Shown: positions 1-9,603 of the stretch, piece by piece | Numbering within the stretch: the first letter of the stretch is position 1 | Layout of the letters: each line of letters starts with the position of its first letter | Source of the DNA: an uncultured Planctomycetia bacterium | GTDB taxonomy: Bacteria; Planctomycetota; Planctomycetia; Pirellulales; PALSA-1355 | Assembly: GCA_963801675.1 (NCBI GenBank) | Contig: CAWDFN010000001.1 | Location: 3,862,884 to 3,926,883 of the forward strand | DNA: 64,000 bases | Direction of reading: 5' to 3' | The notes under the pieces: generated by a model | Databases searched by the model: none | What the model saw: the letters and a program-made list of their open reading frames with translations, nothing else | What the model was told of the DNA's origin: nothing | Program-made: the position numbers and the translations under genes

Positions 1-179
1 AGTTCGCCACGTCGACGACGACCTCAGCGCCAGCTCAGCGCTTCGGCCAATCCCTCACCCGTGAGAGTATTCACGCCCGATGAAGGGGATGCCGCCACGA
101 CCTGATGGCCTTGCCGAGCAAGGTTGTTCACGAGTTTCTTCCCGATGAGCCCGCTGCCGCCGATGACTACGATTTTCAT
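1..179 (-). CDS. SDR-family NAD(P)-binding protein (NmrA-like), N-terminal part; continues beyond the window start
   Basis: Reverse strand from ATG 179..177 reads MKIVVIGGSGLIGKKLVNNLARQGHQVVAASPSSGVNTLTGEGLAEAL (GxxGxxG Rossmann motif). There is an in-frame stop at 26..24, but the expected continuation AEVVVDVAN is readable in another frame at 1..27. One indel therefore lies near 27-35. Confidence 0.6.
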
Positions 180-240
180 GACAAATCTCCTGGCTTGTAA
201 CGGTCTTTTATGACATTCCTAATCGACCTCTGCAACCGCA

Positions 241-669
241 CTAGTCCTTCGGTTTCTCTGGGATGGCGATCTGGTGCGCCTCGCGCGGGTGCAGCACGAC
301 CGCAATGAGACGAGTGTTTCCCTTGGCAGACGGATTCTTCGACACCCGGTGCAGACACCCGGTCGGCTCGTAAAAGGTCTCGCCCGCCTTGAACACCTTG
401 GTCGGCTGATCATCAATCCCAAGCTCGTATTCACCTTCCAGCACATACACAAACCCCGGCCCCGGGTGCCGGTGAGCCAAGCCGGATTGCCCGGGGCCGA
501 TCGTCACCTCGACGACACTCACCTTCGCGTCCTTGCCGTCCAGCTTCTCCTGGATATCCCGGGCGGAGATGACCCTCACCGACTCACCATCCTCATGAAT
601 GCGGGCTGCCGCCATTGGGCCGAGTCCAAGACCGATCCCGATTGCCAGAACAAGGAAACTGCGAATCAT
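241..669 (-). CDS. secreted cupin-domain protein
   Basis: 142-aa ORF with a signal-like N-terminus MIRSFLVLAIGIGLGLGPMAAA. Cupin core GLAHRHPGPGFVYVLEGEYEL ... GETFYEPTGCLHRV. Confidence 0.8.
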   Translation of the reverse strand: MIRSFLVLAIGIGLGLGPMAAARIHEDGESVRVISARDIQEKLDGKDAKVSVVEVTIGPGQSGLAHRHPGPGFVYVLEGEYELGIDDQPTKVFKAGETFYEPTGCLHRVSKNPSAKGNTRLIAVVLHPREAHQIAIPEKPKD

Positions 670-1308
670 GATTCTTCCTCCGTTTGCTGTTCTACGGACT
701 CTGCGAAGCAGGACGTTCCCAGCCGTTCTACATCAAGGACGGGCATGGGTCTTGTGGCAGGTTGCAGAATTGTTGACGTAGCCGCGTCTTTCCGCGCGGC
801 TTGCCGGCCGAGTGAAGCGCATCCGGAACATGTCGCCGTGCAGCGCTGCAAATCGGATGCCTGACTGCCCATACAGAGGCCACAGAACGACGCGGCGGTT
901 ACCGTCTCGACGAGCCGTCTGCGCGTCCGGCACGCGTCGTTCTCAAGGATGCCTGTGTCGAGCGTCGCGCCGCCACGTAAGTCACAGCATCAAAAGGTCA
1001 TACGCCTCGAAACTTAGGCCGCGCTTCGATGCACGTCGATGCGGAAGCATCCCTTGCTAATCATCTGTGCCAGGCTTGTCTTGAACGCATTGCGCAAACT
1101 ACCTAAATTCGCATCGCTCGGTCGAGCGGACCTTCTGCGCCACAACGTCCAAGAGGGTTGCTGACCGACCATTCCTTGCCGTCGGTCATCGGTCACTGGA
1201 TTCAAGAACGTGTCTGCAAACGAGTGCGATGCAGGAAATGTTTGCACGAATGTGCTAGTCGACGGCCGGACAGCGATCTGAAGAGCGTGGCGATATCTCG
1301 CGGTCCGT

Positions 1309-2046
1309 TTACGCGTGTGGTCGGCGGCGTCTGCCCCAGACAGCGAGGCCGACAAGGCCGAGGGCGGCCAGGGCGATGCTGGAGGGCTCGGGGACGAACT
1401 GCCACTGGAGCACGTCCACGCCGTCGGTGAGGAAGTCGGCGGTGACTTGACTGGTGGTCCCGACGATCAGCCGATTCACCGAATCACCGTAGAATTGCAC
1501 GTCGTTGTAAACGTCGACCGACGGGCTCACGACGAAACCGTCGTACTGAAACTCCGCCAGGAGATTGCCGGCCGCCGGGTCGTAGTAAAACGGCGTATCG
1601 AACACAAACGGCTGTTGAAACGGAAAGGGCCCGCCCGGCGGCTCGCTGCCCGTATTGATCACCGTGGACGGTCCGCTGTAAACCAGCACCTGGTCAGGCC
1701 CGACGTTGGCGTCGAACGTCGCGTTGAGCGAGTTGACCGGCGTGGTGGAAAGGCGGACTTCGATATGCGCCGAGGTGGCCGTAAAGGCAAACCCCATCGA
1801 CTCGTCGATCCGCAGGGCGACTCCAGTCACCCAGTGATTCGATGCGGGTAGCGAGGCAAAGTCGGCCGCCGAGTACAACACCTGCTCACGGAGTATGTCG
1901 AAGTCCGGCAGTATAAGCCTCCCGTTGCCTTCGGTGTTGGCCAGGCCCGCGGGCGCGACGATCGCGATGGGGCTCGCCACCGCGCGATCGGCCGCGGCAA
2001 AGAGCAACGCGGCAGCACACGCGGCCATGGCAACTGGAAGTCTCAT
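1309..2046 (-). CDS. PEP-CTERM sorting-domain protein
   Basis: 245-aa ORF with signal peptide MRLPVAMAACAAALLFAAADRAVA. C-terminus VPEPSSIALAALGLVGLAVWGRRRR has the PEP motif, a TM helix and an Arg cluster. Confidence 0.85.
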   Translation of the reverse strand: MRLPVAMAACAAALLFAAADRAVASPIAIVAPAGLANTEGNGRLILPDFDILREQVLYSAADFASLPASNHWVTGVALRIDESMGFAFTATSAHIEVRLSTTPVNSLNATFDANVGPDQVLVYSGPSTVINTGSEPPGGPFPFQQPFVFDTPFYYDPAAGNLLAEFQYDGFVVSPSVDVYNDVQFYGDSVNRLIVGTTSQVTADFLTDGVDVLQWQFVPEPSSIALAALGLVGLAVWGRRRRPHA

Positions 2047-2667
2047 GAGCGTGTCTCGCGATTGGCAGGACGCACGAAGTCACAACGGCACGAATTCGCA
2101 TAAAATTAACCATGGGCGCCCTCCAGTCAAGTTGATTTTTTGCAGCCGTTAAAAATCCTTGAGATTTCCGTGAAAACCGGCTCTCGGGTCGGCCGCCGCG
2201 GTTTGCAGCGACAGGATATGAGTTCGGTTTCGCAAGCCCGTCCATTCCTGCGATTTGCATCGGGCCAGAACTCCCGCAATGGTCCCGCCGGGCATCATTC
2301 CGAGCATACGGCCGCCTCTCCGCGGCGCCGGGAGAGTCCAGTCCAAAGAATGGGTCTTCGGGCGGCGCCAGCGGTGCCGGAATAGGGTCGATTTCTCGGA
2401 GTTCGAAAAATCGATCGGGTTGATGACAAATTTGGCTTGGGCCAGTAGCTACCGTTTCTCGCTGCTGTATGCTGCCTGGACCAGCAGGGTCGACAGGTCA
2501 ATCGCGCCGCGGAATCCGCCCCAAGCCATTGAAAGATTGGCGTGATCGGCTATAGACAAGCCGACGTCGGGCGCTGACGGTCAACACGTTGTCGATCGGC
2601 ATCCGCAGGCTGGCCGGCGTAGACGACTGCGACTGCGGTGGCATCAACGTCATCAAGGAGAAAACGG

Positions 2668-2982
2668 ATGAAGTACATGATCAGCTGGTTCGAACGTCCG
2701 CAAGGATCGCCCGCGGAGTACGAGAATGCCCAGAAGCGGATCCTGGAGGTTTTCACTCAATGGAAGGCGCCCGCCAATTTCAAGATCGAGTTGTTCGTGG
2801 TGCGAGTGGGCGAGTGGGGTGGGCATATGTTGGTGGACTGCGACGATCCGTTGACGGTTCACAAGGTCTGCTCGACCTGGCCTGCTTTCGAATTCCAGGC
2901 ACGACCCGTGATTGCCATCGAGGACGCTGTCCGGGTCGAACAAGAAACGATCGCCTGGCGCGATGGACTCAAACGCAAGTGA
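2668..2982 (+). CDS. DUF3303-like small protein
   Basis: ATG at 2668 is preceded by AAGGAG. Sequence MKYMISWFERPQGSPAEYENAQKRILEVFTQWKAPANFKIELFVVRVGEWGGHMLVDCDD resembles the DUF3303 family as I recall it. The track ORF starts 30 nt upstream. Confidence 0.65.
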   Translation: MKYMISWFERPQGSPAEYENAQKRILEVFTQWKAPANFKIELFVVRVGEWGGHMLVDCDDPLTVHKVCSTWPAFEFQARPVIAIEDAVRVEQETIAWRDGLKRK

Positions 2983-3175
2983 CATTCGAGAGATCGGACG
3001 AGTTTCTGCCATCGCGAGCCTCGGAAATCGATCCATTCTTGGGGTACGTCTGAAAACGTACGGCAAACGAGACTGCGGGATGGCCGAACGAGGGGCCGCG
3101 AAGTAAAAAGCCCCGCCCGACCAGAGGGCCGGACGGGGCTTGAGTTGGTTGCGCATAACACGCATTGCGGAGCCA

Positions 3176-3883
3176 TTAGGCCCGGCGACGACGCCAGCCA
3201 CAGAACCCCAGGCCCAGCAGACCACTGCCTAGAAGGGCGACCGTGGACGGTTCGGGGACCGGCAGCACGTTCACGTCGTCAACGAGGTTGCCGCCGCTCG
3301 GGCTGTTGCTAACGGAGGTGGACGTAAAGAGCAGCCGCGTGCTCGTGCCGGTCGCCGTGAACGTGCCGGAATAGAGGAGCCAATCGCCGTTCGGCGGGCT
3401 ATTGGACGAGGTCGAATGAGAAATGCTGTCGGCCAATAGCGTGCCGCTGCTGAGCAAGTCGGTCACCGTTATGTCAGCCGTGCTGATTCCGCCCTCAAGC
3501 GGATTGTCGGCGTAAGCGAAAGTGAGCGAATATAGTTGACCGAGAACCGTGGTGAAATCTTGATAGAGTGAACCGCGAACATTGCCGTTGAGATCGACCG
3601 CCTGGACTCCGTCATAGGGCGGGAAGAGAACAAACGGATTGGGTCCGGCGAGGTCGATATCGCCGGTCGCGACTTTCCATTCAAACCCAGCCGGTTCGCC
3701 CCCCGCGCCGAAGTTCAAAGGCGATCCTGGTGTGACGACGGGCGATTCGAAGCTGCCGTTAAGGAGCAGGTTCGCGCGGCCGATATTGTGCGACAGCAAA
3801 TTGGCGAGGACTGCGAGGGCGATTGCGAAAGCGAAAACCGACCGGCGGATCATCTGTACAAAAATCATGGAGCTACTCCTCAA
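3176..3883 (-). CDS. PEP-CTERM protein with DUF642-like N-terminal domain
   Basis: 235-aa ORF with a signal/TM segment followed by NLLLNGSFESPVV (typical DUF642 start). C-terminus VPEPSTVALLGSGLLGLGFCGWRRRRA. Confidence 0.85.
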   Translation of the reverse strand: MRSSSMIFVQMIRRSVFAFAIALAVLANLLSHNIGRANLLLNGSFESPVVTPGSPLNFGAGGEPAGFEWKVATGDIDLAGPNPFVLFPPYDGVQAVDLNGNVRGSLYQDFTTVLGQLYSLTFAYADNPLEGGISTADITVTDLLSSGTLLADSISHSTSSNSPPNGDWLLYSGTFTATGTSTRLLFTSTSVSNSPSGGNLVDDVNVLPVPEPSTVALLGSGLLGLGFCGWRRRRA

Positions 3884-4089
3884 TGGCTGGACGGAGAATT
3901 AGTCCGGAAACGATAGAAACGCACGGGATCGTGCGCTTACCCCCTGGGTGCCGAAGAGAAATCAAACAGCCTTAGATCGTTTGATTAGCGGCACCACGGA
4001 TGAGGGAAAAAAGAACCCGCGTATGCTACCAGTTCGGCCGCCGACTGCCAAGGTTTTTTGGACTGAAAACTGCTCAGCTTAACGCTCCA

Positions 4090-4322
4090 ATGCCCACGCG
4101 TACACTGCCCCCGACCTGAGCACCGACGCAGTCCACGCGATCATCGAGCGCGTGCGGCTGACGCTGGGCTATCTGCCCCGAGTCCCGCGGCGAATGGATG
4201 AAAAATCGACCGACGAACTGCTGGTCGAGGTGTACATGGCGCAGGCCAGCATGCAGAAATTGTGCATGAGCCTGGACTACCTGACGTGCACCGAAGTGGG
4301 GAGGCCCCGGCGAGAGAGTTGA
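4090..4322 (+). pseudogene. small conserved-looking hypothetical protein, frame broken in a C5 run
   Basis: ATG 4090 gives MPTRTLPP and then stops. Shifting one base inside the CCCCC run at 4108-4112 continues as DLSTDAVHAIIERVRLTLGYLPRVPRRMDEKSTDELLVEVYMAQASMQKLCMSLDYLTCTEVGRPRRES to a stop at 4320-4322. Confidence 0.3.
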
Positions 4323-4625
4323 CGTGGCGAGTGCGCCAAAGCCGGTTCAGGAGATGCCTTGCGTTGTTTCAAAAACGGTCGTTAGACGGGCTTCTCAAGA
4401 ACGAGACTGTTCCCATGAGTTGCTGGGACCAGGACGGATGCCGAGCCAGTGAGAGCCGGACACGAGCATCGTCCATGCGGGGGCCTGCCCAAAAGGGCGG
4501 TCCCTACCGCGACCGGTATCCCGATGCGCGCATGGGTTTCACCGCGCTCCGTAACACCATCAGAATTTCACGACTATCGATATATGCATATTGATAAACG
4601 ATAGCCCCAATATTAAGCTGAATCA

Positions 4626-5126
4626 ATGGCCAACCTGAAAGCGCCACTGATGAAGCGGAGTTCAACGGCGTTTCTGCAGGTCGTCATTGTGCTCATCGGC
4701 ATTGGCGCTCTTGCTCTCATGCTTTGGGAACCTCACATCGAGGGCAGAAACGCGCACGCCACGGTCTTTGAGATCTATTTCAAAGATCCCTTTCTGGCGT
4801 ATGTGTATATCGCGTCCATTCCGTTTTTCGTGTCGCTCTATCAAGGATTCAAGGTTTTGGGATACGCCGGACAAAATCAGGTATTCTCGCAAGCAGCCGT
4901 GAAAGCTCTGCGGACGATCAAATTTTGTGCGATCGCCCTGATCGGTTTCGTCGCGGTCGGAGAAATCTTCATCATGATGGACCACAGCGATGACCGGGCG
5001 GGTGGGGTTTTCATGGGCGTCCTCATCACCTTCGGCTCGATCGTCATTGCCACCGCGGCGGCGACGTTTGAACAGATTTTGCAGAACGCCGTGGATATGA
5101 AATCCGAGAACGACTTGACAGTGTAA
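4626..5126 (+). CDS. DUF2975-like multi-pass membrane protein
   Basis: 166-aa ORF with four hydrophobic segments. It sits immediately upstream of a YozG-type HTH gene, the usual DUF2975 pairing. Confidence 0.75.
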   Translation: MANLKAPLMKRSSTAFLQVVIVLIGIGALALMLWEPHIEGRNAHATVFEIYFKDPFLAYVYIASIPFFVSLYQGFKVLGYAGQNQVFSQAAVKALRTIKFCAIALIGFVAVGEIFIMMDHSDDRAGGVFMGVLITFGSIVIATAAATFEQILQNAVDMKSENDLTV

Positions 5127-5145
5127 GAGGCTCTAACCGGACCGC

Positions 5146-5355
5146 ATGGCAATCATCATCAACATCGACGTCATGCTGGCCAGGCGGAAGATGAGCGTGA
5201 CCGAACTCGCCGAGAAAGTCGGCATTACGATGGCCAATATTTCCGTATTGAAAAACGGAAAAGCAAAAGCGATCCGATTCTCAACATTGGAGGCGGTCTG
5301 CAAAGCATTGGAGTGCCAGCCCGGTGAAGTTTTAGAATTTAGAGAGTCAGGATAG
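5146..5355 (+). CDS. XRE-family helix-turn-helix transcriptional regulator (YozG-like)
   Basis: 69 aa: MAIIINIDVMLARRKMSVTELAEKVGITMANISVLKNGKAKAIRFSTLEAVCKALECQPGEVLEF. This is the canonical short Cro/C1 HTH. Confidence 0.9.
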   Translation: MAIIINIDVMLARRKMSVTELAEKVGITMANISVLKNGKAKAIRFSTLEAVCKALECQPGEVLEFRESG

Positions 5356-5547
5356 CGCCGATGGCGAAGTGGCATGGCCTTGTTTGACGTAATATGCCTG
5401 AGCGTGATCCCAACAGGCCAGGATCAGATCGCAGGATTTACGGCGACTCGGGGAAGGATGAAGGATGAAGGAAGGGCACCCTCACCCGGTTCACCGACCA
5501 ACGCTTCGCGTCGGTGCCCGGAACCACCCTCTCCGAGTGGGAGAGGG

Positions 5548-6792
5548 TTAGCGGAGCACTTCGGCGCCGCGGCCTTGCTGGATTAGCGGGACGTAGGTTT
5601 CTAGTTCGCGGGCGGTGGTGGGATCGGTCAGGTCGATTGTGGCGCGACGCTCGGCCGAGAGGTAGGCGGCCATGGTCAGGCGGACGATCTCGACGCCGTA
5701 GTGCCAGTCGAGCAGCGGCGGGCGGCCGCTGGTGAACGCGGCGATGGCGTCTTCGTTTTCGTCGGTGTAGCCGTACAGGTCGGGCTCGTTGGTCTGCACG
5801 GCCAGCAGGCCGCGGCTGGCTTGCGATTTTTCCAGGGCCAGCTCGGCATTGGCGGTGGTGGCGGCGGCCGCGTCGCCGATGAAAATCTCCAGCGGCGAGC
5901 GGAGCGTATTCATCTCGAAAGCGTAGCCGGGGCCGATACCGTCGAGCGCCAATCGCAATCCCTGCTTGTCGTACATCCACGAGGCGGTGAATTGGCTTTT
6001 GACGCGCTGGCCGGATTCCGGATTCTTGTACGTGACCATGCCGGTGGCAAAATCCTCGGCAGGCGTACGGCTGTAGTCGACGCCGTGTTGATCGAGCAGC
6101 TGTTTCTGCCAGCGAGGTTGGCCCCACTTGAGCAGCGACAGGTCGGCCATCACGCTTTCGCGGCTGCAGAAATCGCACGCCCTTGCCCGGCGGCGTCAGC
6201 GCGTACCAGCCGACCGCCAGGCAGTGGCAGCCCATGTCGCTCATCACGCCGCCGCCTTGCCTCGTTGGATCCCAAAACCAGGGATTGTGCGGCCCGGCAT
6301 GTTCTTCGCCCGAACGCGTCAGGATCGGCGGACCCATGGCTTGCATGATCGGTTCGAGTTGCGACGCGATGCACCTGCATCGACTTCATGTGCAGTTGGT
6401 TTTCGAAATAGGCGTGTGGAAGATGTGCGTCTTCGACCAGCTTGACCACGCGGCGCGCTTCGGCCAGGTTGCGGGCGAGCGGCTTTTCGCAGATTACGCC
6501 CTTCAATGGCGAGCCGGCCTTCACGGCGTCGACGATCTCTTCCACCATTTCGACCCGGGCGAAGTTGGGAGCGAAGATGGCGATCACGTCGACGTGCGGG
6601 GCCATCTCCTTGATCGTTCGATAGATTTGCCCCTCGCCCAGCTCGTGCTTGCGGACATAGGACGCCAAGGCCTCGGGCGGGCGGCGCGAAACCAGGCCTG
6701 CCACCTCGACCGCCGCGCACCTGGCGCAAGGCCCGCAGGTGAAACGCCGAGATGAACCCTCCGCCGACAATGCCGTAGCGCAACGGTTTCAT
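5548..6792 (-). pseudogene. Gfo/Idh/MocA-family oxidoreductase, frameshifted as sequenced
   Basis: The N-terminus MKPLRYGIVGGGFISAFHLRALRQV (Rossmann) is in ORF 6319..6804. VDVIAIFAPNFARVEMVEEIVDAVKAGSPLKGVICEKPLARNLAEARRVVKLVEDAHLPHAYFENQLHMKSMQ is in ORF 6150..6770. The middle part is in 5438..6346 and the C-terminal 201 aa in 5548..6153. At least three frame switches. Confidence 0.8.
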
Positions 6793-7119
6793 GGATGTCC
6801 TCACTTGGGAGACACTCGGGGGGCGTCAGCTGATTTGCACACGAATCCAGCCAGGCCGCCGGCGCGAAGAGCGGTCATTAGACCTTGCTGGCGCAAGCGT
6901 CGCAAGCGAATGCCCGTTCGCCCGAAATGTCCCCGAAACCCGCAACTGCGTGGAATATTCATTTTGATCTACCTGCGTCGATTGCCGATTTGGTTAGAAG
7001 CGATATGCGCGGTGGGTGGCACTGGCAAAATGCCGGTGGCACCTGAGGGCAAAGTGCCAATGGCACCGGCGCGCGACACAACCCATTTTTGGCAGACGAA
7101 CGAGGGAGAGGACGGTTTG

Positions 7120-8187
7120 ATGACAAGATATGTCGCCGGCGCCGTGGCGTTGGCTGTTTGCGCGAGCCTACTGTTGGCCGGTACGGCGAAGGGGCAAGAA
7201 GGGCCAATTTTGCCGGGCCTCGACGCGTTTGATCCCGGTACCGCCGTGTCCGACAATCCGCAGCCGTCCGAATCGCCGGCCCCCCGCGCCAAGGGGAGCC
7301 AGCGCGCGGTGCGACAAGACCGTCGCGAGGAGGATAACGATGCACGCGGCGTTCGGGCGAACCGGCGCGGCGGCGCCCAACGTGGGGCGGACAACGACAA
7401 CGCTGGGCCGCAAGGTTCGCCGGACCAGCAAAATTTCGGCGGACTTCCCACCTTGCCAGATCAACAGCAACAACAGCGGTTGTCGCAAGACCAGCAGAGA
7501 ATGATCCAACAGCGCGCGGCGCAAGAGCGGCAACGGCTGCTGCAAGACCAGCAGCGCCGATTCCAAGAACAGCAGCGCGTGCTTCAAAAGCGCACCTCGC
7601 AGAGTCAGCAACCTCAAACCCAGCAATCCACTTCGCCGAATCAGCAGTGGCAACAGCACGTGTTGCAACAGCAGCAACAGCGGGCGCTCGAAAAACGCAC
7701 GTCGCAAGGTCAACAGCCGGCCGGCCAACAGCAATTCAGTCCGGGGCCGACTTCGCAGTACCAACAGCTGCAGCAAAAACAACAACAGCAAAAACTGCAA
7801 CAGCAAAATCAGCAGCAGCGCTTGTCGCCCGAGCAGCAGCGCGTGCTCCAGCAACGCCAGGAGATTCAGAAAAAGCGTGACGAGGCGCGGCGCAAGGGGG
7901 CTGCCCCTGGACAGTATCCGAGCAATTTGCAACGCGATCCGCGTGCTTTTCAAAAACAAGCCAGCAGGTCCAGCAACGAACAGCGCCTGTGGTCGGATGA
8001 GCACGCCGGCGACGGCGGCAAGACTGCGTTGCCCGCCGCTCAACAAGCGAAGCGCGAAACGCTCAATCAGGCGCGGACGCAAACTCGGGGCAACGACCCC
8101 CGCGCGGCCGGCAATTCATCGGCGAGGAAGCCGCAGAGTGCGCGAAGCGGCCAGGCGGCCCCGGTGCAACCGACGCGCGGTTGGTAA
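7120..8187 (+). CDS. secreted glutamine-rich low-complexity protein with LTXXQ-like motifs
   Basis: ATG 7120 follows GAGGGAGAGG. Signal peptide MTRYVAGAVALAVCASLLLAGTAKG, then a long Q/R-rich region with LSQDQQRMIQ and LSPEQQRVLQ. The upstream part of the track ORF (from 6739) is not protein-like. Confidence 0.6.
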   Translation: MTRYVAGAVALAVCASLLLAGTAKGQEGPILPGLDAFDPGTAVSDNPQPSESPAPRAKGSQRAVRQDRREEDNDARGVRANRRGGAQRGADNDNAGPQGSPDQQNFGGLPTLPDQQQQQRLSQDQQRMIQQRAAQERQRLLQDQQRRFQEQQRVLQKRTSQSQQPQTQQSTSPNQQWQQHVLQQQQQRALEKRTSQGQQPAGQQQFSPGPTSQYQQLQQKQQQQKLQQQNQQQRLSPEQQRVLQQRQEIQKKRDEARRKGAAPGQYPSNLQRDPRAFQKQASRSSNEQRLWSDEHAGDGGKTALPAAQQAKRETLNQARTQTRGNDPRAAGNSSARKPQSARSGQAAPVQPTRGW

Positions 8188-8213
8188 TGCGTTGGCCGAT
8201 CGTCGCCGGCAAG

Positions 8214-8714
8214 CTACAGCAGGTTTTCGATAATGCGCCGGCTGCGGGCGTCGAGCTGGCGGACGTCATCGACCAGGTAGCGAATTCCCTGCGAGTCGAT
8301 GATCTGCGCTCGATGCGGTCCGAGGCGCCGCACGTCGTCGCCGCTGTTGAGCAGGAATCGCGTGCAGCCGCGATCGGTCTCGACCTCCCATTCGCTGGGT
8401 TCGGTGTCGGCCGGAACACGGAGAATACGGCGAATCAAGGGAACAAATTCGCGCCGCGCCAGGTCCTTTTCCAACACGGCGCGCGTTGCCGGCGCAAGCG
8501 CGGCCAGGTCGCGCACCACGATCAGTTCGCGCCCTTCGGAATCGCAGATCGAGATCCAATGGTCGGGATCCGAGATGGGAAATCCGCGCACCGGCTCGAC
8601 CGGCGCATGCGAAACGCCTTCGTGGTCGACGAGCACCAGGCGACCCCAGGCGTCTTCGTGCAGATCGAAGGGGGGCAATTCGGAATCGGCTGGGTTACCG
8701 TTTTTGCTGGGCAT
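8214..8714 (-). CDS. DUF1854-family protein (cyanophycin metabolism-associated type)
   Basis: 166-aa ORF: FDLHEDAWGRLVLVDHEGVSHAPVEPVRGFPISDPDHWISICDSEGRELIVVRDL ... IIDSQGIRYLVDDVRQLDARSRRIIE. This matches my recollection of DUF1854. Divergent from cphA. Confidence 0.75.
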   Translation of the reverse strand: MPSKNGNPADSELPPFDLHEDAWGRLVLVDHEGVSHAPVEPVRGFPISDPDHWISICDSEGRELIVVRDLAALAPATRAVLEKDLARREFVPLIRRILRVPADTEPSEWEVETDRGCTRFLLNSGDDVRRLGPHRAQIIDSQGIRYLVDDVRQLDARSRRIIENLL

Positions 8715-9413
8715 TGTTTTGCGAATATCGCGTCTTGCCGCGCAGTGCGGAGATCGCGTCGTCGGGGGACCCTGTTGTTATATCGTTGCCAGCAGGATAG
8801 CGATTTCTTTGCCGACCGCAGCTCTCAACTCATCCTGGATGCTGTATCTTCAGGTCCTTTGTATCCAACCAGCTCTCGCCGACTTGCCCCAGGTATCCTT
8901 CTTGCGTTGCAATGGATGTTCCTCGGCCGCGGGCCGCTGCGATCCAAGCTCACTCTCGGGCCGGATCGGCTCCGAATTGAGTCCGCTATCGGATTGGGTG
9001 TGTAGTCATTATGACATCACGTGCCGTCATTCGGATAACGATTCTTGGCGGTTCTCAGCAGAGAACCTCAAATGCCGACTTTGCCCGAAATATTTATTTT
9101 CCCCCTCGCAGCGATTGGTCTTGGCGCTCGCAACCCAAGCGGCGCCGTCGGTTGCGGCCAGCCGCTCGGCGGCGGACGCTCGGCGTGGGCCGTCGGACGG
9201 CGCATGGCGGCCCATCGTGGCACGGTACCTGCTTTTAGCACGGTGAGCCAGAGGGTCAGGCCGGTTTTTTCCTGTCCGTTATTACCGGCAAAGTCGGATT
9301 CCAAGGAGGGCCGGGGGCGGTGGTCGATAGGTCCTTGGTCAGCTCGACAGGCGGTTGGAAAAAAAGGCCACATCAATAAGCGGACAACCATTAACAGGCA
9401 ATCATTTCCTTAC

Positions 9414-9443
9414 GACATTCTCGAACGCGACATTCTCGAACAC
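9414..9443. repeat. 15-bp tandem direct repeat upstream of cphA
   Basis: GACATTCTCGAACGC (9414-9428) is followed directly by GACATTCTCGAACAC (9429-9443), 14 of 15 identical. It lies about 160 nt upstream of the cphA start. Confidence 0.6.
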
Positions 9444-9603
9444 GGCGATACGTTACGACGCTTCCCCTCCGACAGGCTTCCACCAGTATCGGAAGCTTGA
9501 TGGCTCAACCGGGCGCACGGGTTGGGTGCCGAATAGGCGGCATCGGGCGGGAAAAAAGGTTTTGGGCGCGACCTTGCAGAGCATCTGGAGCACGTGAAGT
9601 TTT

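Noticed and set aside
4262-4594. 110-aa ORF between the small pseudogene and the DUF2975 gene
   Set aside because: It is Arg/Ser/Pro-rich with no motif or signal and no ribosome-binding context. It overlaps the 3' end of the better-supported reading at 4090..4322.
7017-7066. Sigma-54 promoter(s) suggested by the TGGCAC boxes
   Set aside because: The GC dinucleotide of a -12 element is 1-2 nt out of register with the TGGCAC-N5-TTGC consensus at each box, so none fits a -24/-12 promoter.
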